Shown one piece after another: positions 20,407 through 31,144 of a stretch of 64,000 nucleotides of DNA. Each line of letters opens with the position of its first letter. The stretch's first letter is position 1. A program made the position numbers and the translations under genes. Origin of the DNA: an uncultured Planctomycetota bacterium (GTDB taxonomy: Bacteria > Planctomycetota > Planctomycetia > Pirellulales > Lacipirellulaceae). The stretch spans positions 448,001-512,000 of the forward strand of contig CAVRBU010000002.1 of NCBI GenBank assembly GCA_963719315.1, read 5' to 3'. Below the pieces are notes generated by a model. That model saw nothing but the letters and a program-made list of their open reading frames with translations, searched no databases and had not been told where the DNA came from.

Positions 20407-20498
20407 TTCAAGGCGGATACGGAATTCTTACTGGTAAGACTGATCTCAATGATGGTCAGTGGAACAGATGGCAAGCCCGCTCCGAAAACTCATATAAT

Positions 20499-21823
20499 CA
20501 GTAGTGTCCCAACGTTAGTCGAATAGCGACAACTGGTTAGGAGAATGGGGTAGTAGGATTTTGTAGTTGGATTGCGAAAACAGCTCGACCAAGGGGGTTT
20601 TCTCGAAAATCGAGACGCTGAGAATCTGTAGAATTGTGTAAAGCGACATTTCGATGCCGAGGCGTTTTTTGGCGATGGCCACGAGCAAGTAGACCGAAAC
20701 GGCGATCCAGATTTGAGCCTTCACGGCGTTCTGGTTCGTGCCATAGAACGACTTGATCCGCAGGTGTTGTTTGATCCATTTGAAAACCAACTCGATCTGC
20801 CAACGGGACTTGTACAGCGCCGCGATCGTCGTCGCCGGCAACTCGAAGTCGTTGGTCAGAAACACCAGACGCTTGCCGAGCGACTGGTCGTAGTAACGAA
20901 TGCGACGCAACGGTTCGGGGTACCCTTGAAAAGAGTAAAACGTTTCCAAGACCACCGTCTGGTCGCACTGCACGCCAGTCGTTCTGTCGACCTCCCGGGA
21001 GTAACGTCGCTGAAACGTAAAATTCTTCTTGGCTCGGGTGACGAAATACGCTTTCGCTTGGTGAAGTTGGTACAGACGAGCAAAGTCGAGATACCCGCGG
21101 TCCATGACGTAGTATGCGCCTGGTGATGGAACCAGGTAATCCAATACGTTCACATCGTGCAGTTTTCCGTCGGAAATCAGGATAAATTCGGGGATGTTGC
21201 CATGAAGATTGAGCAGCGTGTGCAGTTTGACGGCCCCCTTGGTCCGGCGAAACCGGGCCCAAGGGAACAGCGACAGGCACAAGTCGATCGTGGAGGCGTC
21301 GAGCGCGTAGACGGTGGCATCCAAGTCGATGCCCAAGTCTTCCGCGGCGTACAGCGCGCGGGCTTCTCCGATCAGAATCTGAGCGAAGTCGGCGTAGATC
21401 CGCCAGTCGCGCACTCGATTCGCGTTCGACAGATTGTTCCGCGAGACGCCGCCGCGAATCCCCCTGTGATACCACTTGGTCTGCACGGCCCGCAGACAGG
21501 TTTCGACATCGCGCAAGCTTTCCCGGTAGGTAAGTTGCGCGAAGGCCATCACCCGCAGATGTTCGCCGCAGGGAAACGTTTTGATCTTGTGATCGCCGTC
21601 GTAGCGACGGACGCACGTCTCGAAACGGCGCCACGGAACAAAGTCCATCAACTGCGAGAACACCAACTTGCCTGCGTGCATAGACCGATTCCCCTCCGAA
21701 ATCCCGGAAATCGGAAATTATCGGCCAAGGCAATTTCAAATCGAAGCAGGTCATGGTCTTCCGTAAACTAGAAACAATTAACAACTTACAATCAAACCAC
21801 GAGAAAACGTTGGGACACTACTG
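20499..21823 (-). mobile_element. IS4-family insertion sequence, 1325 bp
   Basis: Perfect 18-bp TIRs CAGTAGTGTCCCAACGTT (20499-20516, 21806-21823); 9-bp target duplication TCATATAAT (20490-20498, 21824-21832). Confidence 0.95.
20515..21681 (-). CDS. IS4-family DDE transposase (DUF4372 N-terminus)
   Basis: AQLTYRESLRD, ALDASTIDL, MDRGY, YKSRWQIELVFKWIKQHL (YREK signature). Confidence 0.95.
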   Translation of the reverse strand: MHAGKLVFSQLMDFVPWRRFETCVRRYDGDHKIKTFPCGEHLRVMAFAQLTYRESLRDVETCLRAVQTKWYHRGIRGGVSRNNLSNANRVRDWRIYADFAQILIGEARALYAAEDLGIDLDATVYALDASTIDLCLSLFPWARFRRTKGAVKLHTLLNLHGNIPEFILISDGKLHDVNVLDYLVPSPGAYYVMDRGYLDFARLYQLHQAKAYFVTRAKKNFTFQRRYSREVDRTTGVQCDQTVVLETFYSFQGYPEPLRRIRYYDQSLGKRLVFLTNDFELPATTIAALYKSRWQIELVFKWIKQHLRIKSFYGTNQNAVKAQIWIAVSVYLLVAIAKKRLGIEMSLYTILQILSVSIFEKTPLVELFSQSNYKILLPHSPNQLSLFD

Positions 21824-21852
21824 TCATATAATGAATCGTTGATCGGAAGGTA

Positions 21853-22939
21853 TTACTGAATGCTCCGGTTTCCAGAATCCCGAATCCGATCCACGGTTTT
21901 GCGTATGCCTTTCGCTACATCCGTAAAGGCAGCATCGCGGTCGTTCCAACTGGTAATAGGCTTTGCGTCCTTTGGTAGACCTTGCAGCTTACCGAACGGA
22001 CAGCCCGCCCAGTCGCATGACCGCAAGAAAACTGGTACCACAACCGTCTTTCGGTCCTCGTGCCTTTTGATGGCACGGTCCATTTCTACGTCGTAGCAAT
22101 AGTCGGACGCGATAAAGTCGGGGCTAATCAAGAGCAAGACGATGTCTGCCTCCTCGATGTGTTGATCGATTTGTCCACGCCATTCGTCGCCGGGACCGAT
22201 ACGGCGATCATGCCACTGGCTGATTTGTCCCTGACGTTGCAGGGCAGCAAGATGTATTTCCAACTGATCTCGCAATTGTTCATCTGCATGCGAGTAACTG
22301 TAAAAGACCGTTACTCGACTGCAATCGCTTAATCTGCAGGGTGCCAAACTCGGCATAGCTGTCCATTCAGAAGAATGAACCTTTATTTTTTCAAGTGCTC
22401 GCCCAATAACAATGCTGGTTCGTCCCCTTTGTGAATGTCGTTCATTGATCTCATCAAGTCGTTTTACATATGACTCGTAATTAGCGTCGCGATCGGCGTC
22501 TTTTCGATATGCCTCTTGTACAAACTTGAATTCGAGCAGCCATTCAAATGTCTGCCAAAGCGGGTCGCAATCGATACCAAGGCGTCCACCGACAATCGCG
22601 CTAGCCAATTCGGTATGCGAATGAAAACGCTTTAGTTTTTCACCGTCCGGATCGTCCTGGAATTGAAGATAATATGTCTAAATCTCCAAAATGCTTGGTC
22701 CAGGATCTTACGACGTTTGCGCAATAGTCCCCGCTCTCGGCAGCTCGTTGAAGACACTCTTTTGAATAAGAGCATGGCGGCAGCGAGTACGTTGGATCAC
22801 GGTACTCGAACTTTGCCTTGCCGCTTCCAAACGCTGGGATCGTTTCGGTGACCCGAGCCGTCACTATTGCTAGCGGTAGGCTCTTGTATCCACCAACCTC
22901 GCATATTGTCCTGTGCTTCTTTTCTGAGTTCATTGTCAC
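21853..22939 (-). CDS. TIR-domain protein with unknown N-terminal domain; apparent frameshift near 22680
   Basis: VFYSYSHAD, WHDRRIGPGDEW, LLLISPDFIASDYCYDVEM; the TIR frame stays open upstream of 22608 and overlaps the end of ORF 22640..22939. Confidence 0.75.
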
Positions 22940-22956
22940 AGTAAGGTCACTGGCGA

Positions 22957-24300
22957 TTACAATATAAACTTGCTCAAATCCTCATCCTTCGAAACCTCCT
23001 CCAGCCGCTCTTTTACATATGCCGCGTTGATTTCGACGCGGCCCATTTTCATGTCGGGGGCTTCGAAAGAGAGTTCTTCAAGCAATCGCTCCAGGATCGT
23101 GTACAGCCGGCGGGCACCGATGTTTTGCGTGCGTTGGTTCACGTCGAAGGCGTAGCTGGCCAAGGCGTCCACGGCGTCCGCAGTGAATTCGACGTCGACG
23201 CTTTCGGTCTTGAGCAGGGCCGTGTACTGCTTCGTGAGTGAGCTTTTCGGCTCGGTCAGGATACGGACGAAATCGTCTTTCGTGAGGTCCTGCAGTTCGA
23301 CGCGGATCGGGAACCGGCCCTGTAGCTCCGGCATCAGGTCGCTAGGCTTTGTTTTGTGAAACGCGCCGGCGGCGACGAACAGGACGTGGTCCGTCCGCAC
23401 GTAGCCGTAGCGAGTGTTGACGGTCGTGCCCTCGACGATCGGCAGGAGGTCGCGCTGCACGCCTTGGCGGGAGACGTCGGCCCCGCGGCCCCCTTCGCTG
23501 GCGACAACTTTGTCCATCTCATCGACAAAAATGATCCCGACATTCTCGGCCAGCTCGATTGCCTGGGCGTTTACCTTCTCGGCGTTAATGAGCGCTTCGG
23601 TTTCCTGCTCGAAGAGCACGCGGCGGGCCTCAACCACTGTCATCTGCCGCCGCGATATGTTTTTGGGCAGCACTTTTTCGAGCATGCCTTGGAAGTCGAA
23701 TTCCATCGAGTCGTTGCCGGGGCCCATGCCGGGGATCATCATCGCGTGGGCCTTCTGCTCGATCGTGATTTCGACGGTCCGCTGCTCCATTTCACCACTG
23801 GCGAGCATCTGCCTCATTTTCTCGCGTGTTCGTTCGATCCGCTCGGGCGAATTGGGTGAATCGACGCCCACATCGTAACTGGTCGGCGGCGGGGCCAGCA
23901 GGTCGAGCAGTTTTTCCTCGACGCGGCGTTCCGCCTCTGGCTTCACGCGTTCCAGCTCTTGCTCGCGCACGAGGCCGATGGCGTTCTCGACCAGCTCGCG
24001 AACCATGCTTTCAACGTCGCGGCCGTAGTAGCCGACTTCGGTGTACTTCGTGGCCTCGACCTTGATGAACGGTGCGCCCGTGAGCGTGGCGAGGCGGCGG
24101 GCAATTTCGGTTTTCCCCACGCCCGTCGGGCCGATCATGAGAATGTTCTTGGGCGAAACCTCGTTCCGCATTTCGCCCTCGAGCTGTTGCCGCCGCCAGC
24201 GATTGCGGATCGCGATCGCGACAGCCCGCTTGGCGTCGTTCTGACCAACAATATGGCGGTCAAGCTCGGTGACAATCTGGCGAGGGGTTAGTTCTTTCAC
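22957..24300 (-). CDS. hslU: ATP-dependent protease ATPase subunit HslU
   Basis: AIRNRWRR, GPTGVGKTE, KVEATKYTEVGY, GVQRDLLP, NIGARRL, DLSKFIL. Confidence 0.97.
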   Translation of the reverse strand: MKELTPRQIVTELDRHIVGQNDAKRAVAIAIRNRWRRQQLEGEMRNEVSPKNILMIGPTGVGKTEIARRLATLTGAPFIKVEATKYTEVGYYGRDVESMVRELVENAIGLVREQELERVKPEAERRVEEKLLDLLAPPPTSYDVGVDSPNSPERIERTREKMRQMLASGEMEQRTVEITIEQKAHAMMIPGMGPGNDSMEFDFQGMLEKVLPKNISRRQMTVVEARRVLFEQETEALINAEKVNAQAIELAENVGIIFVDEMDKVVASEGGRGADVSRQGVQRDLLPIVEGTTVNTRYGYVRTDHVLFVAAGAFHKTKPSDLMPELQGRFPIRVELQDLTKDDFVRILTEPKSSLTKQYTALLKTESVDVEFTADAVDALASYAFDVNQRTQNIGARRLYTILERLLEELSFEAPDMKMGRVEINAAYVKERLEEVSKDEDLSKFIL

Positions 24301-24313
24301 AGGTGGCTCAATT

Positions 24314-24478
24314 TACCAGAGAGACACGGAGTTCACGGACATAGAAGATTTGTCATTGGTAATTGGTCATTTGTCATTTGGAAATTGGAAATTGGTGATT
24401 TCTGAAATGGCCAATGACAAAATACCAATTTGCAATGGCAAATCTGTTCTTCTACTTGCCCTCTGTGCCTCCGTGGTT
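24314..24478. repeat. Nested short-unit inverted-repeat element between hslV and hslU
   Basis: Inner TTGTCAT/TTGGTCAT/GGAAATT heptamer arms mirrored by ATGGCCAATGACAA; outer CACGGAG...CTCCGTG arms. Confidence 0.7.
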
Positions 24479-24496
24479 CATTCAAAAGTAGGTGAT

Positions 24497-25057
24497 TTAG
24501 TTAGCAGGTAGTTCTTCGACCATGATGTTCCGATTCGAGTAAACACAAATGTCCGCCGCGATTTCGAGCGCCTTGCGGACGATTTCGGCCGCGGACAAAT
24601 TGGAGTGAGTCACAAGCGCACGTGCAGCGGCCAAGGCGAAGTTGCCGCCGGAACCGATGCCCAATATGCCGTCGGTTGGTTGGATTACATCACCGGTGCC
24701 GGAAACGAGCAGCGTATGCTGGGCGTCGACGACGGCGATCATTGCCTCCAGCCGGCGGAGCGCACGATCGGTTCGCCATTCTTTGGCGAGTTCGGTGGCC
24801 GCCCTGGGCATATTCGCCGGATAGTCCTTGAGCTTGGCCTCGAATCGCTCGAGCAGCGCAAAGGCATCGGCCGCCCCGCCCGCAAAACCCGCGAGCACGC
24901 GGCCATCCGCCAGCGGGCGAATCTTCACCGCGTCGGACTTCATCACGGTATCGCCGAGGCTCACCTGGCCGTCGCCGCCAATCGCCACGCGGCCCTTGTG
25001 CCGGACCGTGAGAATGGTCGTGGAGCGAAACCGCTGCGACAGGTATGAAATAGCCAT
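24497..25057 (-). CDS. hslV: ATP-dependent protease subunit HslV
   Basis: [40 protein letters not shown]. Confidence 0.95.
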   Translation of the reverse strand: MAISYLSQRFRSTTILTVRHKGRVAIGGDGQVSLGDTVMKSDAVKIRPLADGRVLAGFAGGAADAFALLERFEAKLKDYPANMPRAATELAKEWRTDRALRRLEAMIAVVDAQHTLLVSGTGDVIQPTDGILGIGSGGNFALAAARALVTHSNLSAAEIVRKALEIAADICVYSNRNIMVEELPAN

Positions 25058-25216
25058 AGTTGGGAAATTACCGCGATGCGGACCACGGCGACTTTGGTGC
25101 CCGATCGCCGGGCCGGCGATGCGTAGCATCGCGGCTAGCGCCTTGTTGCTTTGGTTGGCGATATACTGCCGGTATTGTCGCCCATTGTGGCACTAGCGAC
25201 CAGGGGTTAGTTTGAA

Positions 25217-25828
25217 GTGATGGGATCGAAGCCTGCGGAAAAAACTGAAAAAACAGCCGCGCTTCCGCGCAGTCCGGAGTTGATGAATCGGGAAGATTCC
25301 GCGCTCCTGGTGATCGACGTGCAGGATAAGCTGATCGCGCTCGTTCCCGAACGAGAGCAGATCGTGTGGAACATCCGCCGGCTGCTTGATGCCGCAGCGG
25401 CGCTCGGCGTACCGATCGCCGGCACGGAACAATATCCGGAACGCCTCAGCCCGACCGTGCCCGAGTTGAAGGAGCGCATCGGGCACGCGCCGGATAAACT
25501 GTGCTTCAGCGCTGGCGTGTGCGGCGAAATCTTTGAGCGCTGGCAGAGCGACTGCCGCTTTCGGGTGCTTGTGTGCGGCATCGAAACGCATGTCTGCGTA
25601 TTGCAAACCGCGCTCGACCTCGCGGCGGCTGGCTTCGAGTCCTACGTTGCAGTCGATGCGGTGGGAGCTCGTTACAGCGTCGATCACGAAACGGCACTGC
25701 GGCGAATGGAATCGGCCGGTGTAATTCTCACAACAACCGAGACCGCGTTCTTCGAATGGTGTCGCACGGCCGAAGCGGCAGAGTTCAAAACGATCAGCGC
25801 ATTGGCGAAGGAAAAGCCGCCGAAGTAA
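25217..25828 (+). CDS. Isochorismatase-family hydrolase
   Basis: VIDVQDKL, TEQYPERL, GIETHVCVLQTALD. Confidence 0.9.
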   Translation: MMGSKPAEKTEKTAALPRSPELMNREDSALLVIDVQDKLIALVPEREQIVWNIRRLLDAAAALGVPIAGTEQYPERLSPTVPELKERIGHAPDKLCFSAGVCGEIFERWQSDCRFRVLVCGIETHVCVLQTALDLAAAGFESYVAVDAVGARYSVDHETALRRMESAGVILTTTETAFFEWCRTAEAAEFKTISALAKEKPPK

Positions 25829-26126
25829 TTTCGAGGTAGCGGAATTCGCAAGTATTCCGATTTCAACAACACCCGACCATCTGAGGTCTCGCGACTTCAG
25901 CCAAGGATTATTGATGCCTCCAATCTACCCTAAGGGTTGTGTAAATCGCCCATTCTCACGCGCGGCGTAAGTTCAGTTGAGAGCCGAGGATAAGTGCCCC
26001 CGTCGATATTGGGCGTAGGAAAACCCGGCGAAATGGGTTATCATGGTGAGCTTACGCACTGCCAAAGGGCCTAAGCGATGGACCGTGCCTGCTGGCAAGA
26101 AGGCAGAAACTCCAGGTGACTCCGAC

Positions 26127-26852
26127 ATGAGTATCATTGAAGCGGTTGGCGTAACGAAGTCGTTCGCCATCGGCGCGATGCACGTGGATGCAGTCCGCGG
26201 CATTGATCTCTCCGTTCGAACCGGCGAGATGCTTGCGATCGTCGGTCCCTCTGGTTCCGGCAAGAGTACGCTGCTCAATTTGCTCGGCGCCATCGAAACA
26301 CCGACCACGGGTCGCGTGCTATTCGAAGGCACCGATGTGGCCACGCTCGACGACACGGAACGAACGATCTTGCGCCGCCGCCGGATTGGCTTCATTTTCC
26401 AGGCGTTCAACCTACTGCCTACGCTTACGGCCGTCGAGAATGTCGCGCTGCCGTTGGAGTTGGATGGCATCCACGAGTCTGAGGCCCGCGCGCGGTCGTT
26501 GGCTTGTTTGGAGTTGGTGGATGTCGCGGACCGCCAGGACCATTTACCGAGTATGATGTCCGGCGGTGAGCAGCAGCGCGTGGCGGTCGCCCGGGCGCTC
26601 GTCATCGAGCCGGCGCTCGTGCTAGCGGATGAGCCCACCGGCAATCTCGATAGCGTGAACAGCGCTCAGGTCATGCGCCTGCTTCGCGATATTACGGATA
26701 CGCGTGGCCAGACGGTCGTGATCGTAACGCACGACAACGACATTGCGGCCCAAGCCGATCGCACAGTCCACGTGCGAGACGGGCTGCTGGAAGAATTTAC
26801 AACGGGCCATATTTATCACCCCCCAGTTGGTCGGGCAGCGAGCTGGAAATGA
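26127..26852 (+). CDS. ABC transporter ATP-binding protein (LolD/MacB-like)
   Basis: GPSGSGKS, MSGGEQQRVAVARAL, ADEPTGNLD. Confidence 0.92.
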   Translation: MSIIEAVGVTKSFAIGAMHVDAVRGIDLSVRTGEMLAIVGPSGSGKSTLLNLLGAIETPTTGRVLFEGTDVATLDDTERTILRRRRIGFIFQAFNLLPTLTAVENVALPLELDGIHESEARARSLACLELVDVADRQDHLPSMMSGGEQQRVAVARALVIEPALVLADEPTGNLDSVNSAQVMRLLRDITDTRGQTVVIVTHDNDIAAQADRTVHVRDGLLEEFTTGHIYHPPVGRAASWK

Positions 26853-29391
26853 TGCTGTATTGGCGATTCGCGTGGCGAGAGCTGCGCCAGCGCCCCAGCC
26901 GTCCGATCTTGACGCTCTTGAGCATCGTGATCGGCGTCGGGGCGGTGGTGGCCGTGACGATTGCGTCCGGCACGACGCACCGCGCCTTCGATCAGATCTT
27001 CAAGACCGTGGCCGGTCAAGCTTCGCTACAGATCTCCACACCGGTCGGCACGGACTTCGACGAACGGATCGTGGCAAAAGTGCGCGTATTGCCGGGTGTG
27101 AAAGCAGTTGCGCCGATGATGTCACGGTCATCCAAGCTGCGGTTCGCGCAGAAGGTGAAAAGGAGAAAGTCTTCACCGTAACGGCGCTCGGAGTCGATCC
27201 GGCCGTCGATCGCGAGGTTCACGACTACGAAATAACGGCCGGCAAACCGCTACCAACGTCGATGGACGAGGACTCCGGCGTGTTGCTCGAGGAAAACTTT
27301 GCCAAGAGTCAGGGCATAAAAGCCGGCGACAAGATCACATTCAGTTCACGCGAAGATCCTTATGGCGAAGCCAAAGTGCTGGGGATTTATCGGTCGAACG
27401 ACATTGCGTCGGGCGGCGCGGGTGCTCCGATGTACTTGCCTTTGGTGGCGGTGCAGCAATTCTGGCATAGCCGAGGACTTATCAACTCGGCCAAGGTAAA
27501 GACGGCTCCCGGTGCTGATGAGAAAGAAGTCGAGAAGGCAATCGCGGCGCTGTTGCCGAAGGGTGTTTCCGTGGAGCGGCCGCCGACACGCAGCGCTATG
27601 GCCGAGGAGACATCGTTGTCGACCGAGCAAGGCATGCGATTGGCACGCGGCTTTTCGTTGCTTGTGGCCGTTTTCATCATCACGAATACGTTTCTCATTA
27701 ACGTTACGCAGCGCCGCCGGCAAATTGGGATCATGCGGGCGATCGGTGCGACCCGTAGCCAGATCTCAGGCATGATGTACCGCGAAGCGCTGCTCATGGG
27801 CGTCGTCGGCACGATCCTGGGCTCGATGCTCGGCATCTTGGCGGCACATTATCTGTCGATTGCAATGGGAACTCTGTACCAATCGGAACTGCCGCCGATC
27901 GAGTTGAATGCTTATCCGTTTTTGATCGGCGCGGCCTGTGGCCTCGGTATTTCGCTGCTGGCAGCCATTTTGCCCTCTCGCAAAGCCAGCCATTTGTCAC
28001 CGCTCGAAGCGATGCGCGACGTGTTGCCGGAAGAGATCGAAGGTGTGCAATGGTGGCTAACTGGCTCGGGCGCAGCCGTAATCGTGGTTTGCATGATCGT
28101 CATGACACTCAGCATCCTGGGCTGGATATCCATGATGCACACCGTGTGGTCGGCCGTTCTCATGTTGGCAGGTTTCGTACTGCTTATGCCGGTCGCGCTC
28201 AAGCCGCTGTCGGCAATCGTGATGTTTTTCGTGCGAATGGTGATGCCCGTTGAAGGCCGATTGGCCCGGCTGCAACTGCTGCGGCATCGGTCGCGGACGA
28301 CGCTTACAATCGGCGTCGTGTTTCTGGCGGCGGCCACAGGAGTCGGGCTGGCGAATTCGGTAATGGATACCGTGAACAACGTGCAGCGTTGGTATCACAA
28401 GGTAATCGTGGCCGACTTCTATCTTCGTGCCAGCGAGCCGAGCATGGCCACCGGGCTTTCGCCCGATTTGCCGGACGGGGTCGGTGACGAGGCCAAGAAA
28501 GTTGACGGTATCAAGAGCATTGATGCGACGCGGCTTGGCAGCATCAAAACTCACGGCGAAACGGCGAGTTTGATCGCTCGCGACCACACTGAACCGGGCG
28601 TACCCGACCTGGATATCGTCAGCGGCGATCCTGAAACATTGCGTGAGCAATTCAAAAACGGCGCTGTAGCCCTCGGCTCAGTGCTCGCCCAACGCGCCCA
28701 TTTGAAGGTGGGTGACAAACTTACCTTAGAAACTAGCACGGGCGACAAGAGTTTCCCCGTAGCGGCAATCGTCAATGACTATCAAAGTGGCGGCCTCACC
28801 ATTCACATGGAGCGGGCCATCGCGCGGTTGGACTTGGGATATGACGGCGTGAGCGGCTATGTAATCAAGGCCGATAAGAATCGATTGGCCGAAGTGCGCG
28901 GCCAATTGGGAAAGATCGCCAAAGAGAACGGACTCGTGCTGGAAACTTCCGCTGATATTCGAGCCCGGATCGACCGCATGATGTCGGGCGTCGTGGCCAG
29001 CCTGTGGGCAATGGTCGTGTTGGGGCTCCTGGTTTCCGCGGTGGGCGTAACCAATACGCTCACGATCAATGTGCTGGAGCAAACGCGCGAATTAGGGTTG
29101 TTGCGAATCGTGGCGATGACGCGGAACCAGGTACGAAAGACGATTTTCACACAGGCCGTGATTGTGTCGTTACTTGCTCTGATTCCCGGAATCGCGGCCG
29201 GCGTGGCGGTCGCCTACTTGATCAACGTTGCGATGATGCCGACGCTCGGTCATCCGGTTCATTTCGGACTCCATCCCTCCCTCATGTTTGGCGGTTTTGC
29301 GGCTGGTCTGGCGGTGGTCGCGTTTGCAGCTTGGTTTCCTTCAAACCGCGCGGCGAAGCTCGACCTGCTGGAAGCGCTGCGGACGTTATAG
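26849..29391 (+). CDS. FtsX/MacB-type ABC permease; apparent frameshift near 27130
   Basis: N-terminus in ORF 26849..27181 and remainder in ORF 26743..29391; two FtsX domains (RRRQIGIMRAIGA, TRELGLLRIVAM). Confidence 0.85.
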
Positions 29392-29403
29392 CATTGATCG
29401 TGA

Positions 29404-29490
29404 GGGTGGGGTCGAGCGCAGCCGAGCCCCCAGCGAATCTGTGCACGCTCAGGCGCTGGGGGCTCGCCTTTGGCTCGACCCCAGCCACCC
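29404..29490. repeat. GGTGGCTGGGGTCGAG-type palindromic repeat; related copies at 18790..18826 and 56485..56547
   Basis: Inverted arms GGGGTCGAGC..GAGCCCCCAGCG / CGCTGGGGGCTC..GCTCGACCCC. Confidence 0.75.
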
Positions 29491-29523
29491 TACAAATTGG
29501 ACATCAATACCCGCTGGAAAAAT

Positions 29524-30711
29524 ATGGCCTCAATCCCATCACCGCTTACCGCTCCGGTCAGAACCCTGCTCGGCCCCGGCCCGAGCGACATCCATCCCCG
29601 CGTGCTGGCCGCGCTTGCGCAGCCGACCGTCGGCCATTTGGACCCGTACTATCTCCGCATCATGGACGAACTGCAGTCCATGCTCCGCGAAGTCTTTCGC
29701 ACCAAGAATCGCATGACGATGGCGATCAGCGGCACGGGCTCGGCCGGGCAGGAGGCCACGGTTTTGAATCTAGTCGAACCGGGCGAGCGCGTGCTGATCT
29801 GCATTAACGGCGTGTTCGGAAATCGCCTCGCGGATATGGCCGAGCGGGCAGGCGGCGAGGTATCGAAAATCGAACGGCCGTGGGGCGAAGTATTCGACGT
29901 GGCCGAGGTGAAGGAAGCGCTCGCCAGCGTGACGCCGAAAGTCGTGGCAATCGTGATGGCCGAAACCTCAACGGGCGCATGGCAGCCGATCGAGGAGATA
30001 GCCGCCGCCGTTCGCGGCGCGGGGGCGATGCTGATCGTGGACACGGTGACGGCTCTCGGCGGCATCCCCGTCGAAATCGATAGGTGGCAAATCGACGCCG
30101 TGTATTCCGGCACCCAGAAGTGCTTGGGCTGCCCGCCGGGCTTGGCGCCTGTTTCGTTCAGCGACCGAGCCGTCGAAAAGATTTTGAAACGCAAGGAAAA
30201 AGTGCGGAGTTGGTATCTCGACGTGTCGCTGATCGCCAACTACTGGGGCAGCGACCGCGTGTACCACCACACGGCGCCGATCAACATGACTTACGCGCTG
30301 CACGAAGCGCTGCGGTTGGTTCTCGAAGAAGGCCTCGAAGCCTGCTTTGCCCGGCATCGCAATAATCAACAAGCGCTCAAGGCCGGCCTCGCTCGACTGG
30401 GCATCGAATACGCAACCCAAGCCGGTCAAGAACTTCCACAACTCAACGCGGTCCGAATTCCGGCAGGCGTAGACGATGCGACCGTCCGCATTGCCTTGCT
30501 GGAGCGATTCGGCATCGAAATCGGCGCCGGTCTCGGGGCCTTCAAAGGCAAAGTCTGGCGAATCGGCCTGATGGGCTACTCCAGTCGCCAAACAAACGTG
30601 CTCCTCCTGCTCGCCGCGCTCGAACAATTGTTAGCCGAACAGGGCCATCGCTTCGAGCATGGCGCGGCGATCGCCGCTGCAAACGATGTCTATTCGGGTG
30701 GAAAGCTCTGA
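29524..30711 (+). CDS. Alanine--glyoxylate aminotransferase family (class V PLP)
   Basis: [38 protein letters not shown]. Confidence 0.92.
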   Translation: MASIPSPLTAPVRTLLGPGPSDIHPRVLAALAQPTVGHLDPYYLRIMDELQSMLREVFRTKNRMTMAISGTGSAGQEATVLNLVEPGERVLICINGVFGNRLADMAERAGGEVSKIERPWGEVFDVAEVKEALASVTPKVVAIVMAETSTGAWQPIEEIAAAVRGAGAMLIVDTVTALGGIPVEIDRWQIDAVYSGTQKCLGCPPGLAPVSFSDRAVEKILKRKEKVRSWYLDVSLIANYWGSDRVYHHTAPINMTYALHEALRLVLEEGLEACFARHRNNQQALKAGLARLGIEYATQAGQELPQLNAVRIPAGVDDATVRIALLERFGIEIGAGLGAFKGKVWRIGLMGYSSRQTNVLLLLAALEQLLAEQGHRFEHGAAIAAANDVYSGGKL

Positions 30712-30914
30712 GTCCGCGAGGGCCGTGGTTCGACGCCCCAAGCCCGTCGAAGGTATCGGAGCGTGTCGCCCCAGTTTCGCAGTCAACGCAGTTTGACACG
30801 TTGAGTTTTCCGAAATCTTTCCGATCGATTCAACTGGATGCTTGCAAACATCCCCGCCGCCCGATAGTCTTGTGGCATCCCGCACTTTCTTTACTTTGCG
30901 GCGAGGCCAAGGAC

Positions 30915-31121
30915 GTGCTTGTATTAAGTCGAAAAATCGGCGAGCGGATTCTTATCGGAGATAAGATCAGCGTGACCGTGGTCAAAATTGGCCACGGCGG
31001 CGTTCGCATCGGAATCGAAGCGCCTCCGGAGTTGGCGGTTGTCCGGGAAGAACTGGCGAACGAGCTCAAGCGGGCGGAGCGGGCACTCGCGAACGACCAA
31101 ACTGAGTCGATGGTCGATTAG
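30915..31121 (+). CDS. csrA: Carbon storage regulator CsrA
   Basis: GTG start; LVLSRKIGERILIG..VRIGIEAP..VVREEL. Confidence 0.9.
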   Translation: MLVLSRKIGERILIGDKISVTVVKIGHGGVRIGIEAPPELAVVREELANELKRAERALANDQTESMVD

Positions 31122-31144
31122 CGAGACAGTGCGCTTCGCACAAG

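Noticed and set aside
20537..21784. 415-aa alternate-frame ORF spanning the IS4 transposase
   Set aside because: No recognisable motifs; Arg-rich composition typical of shadow ORFs in GC-rich DNA
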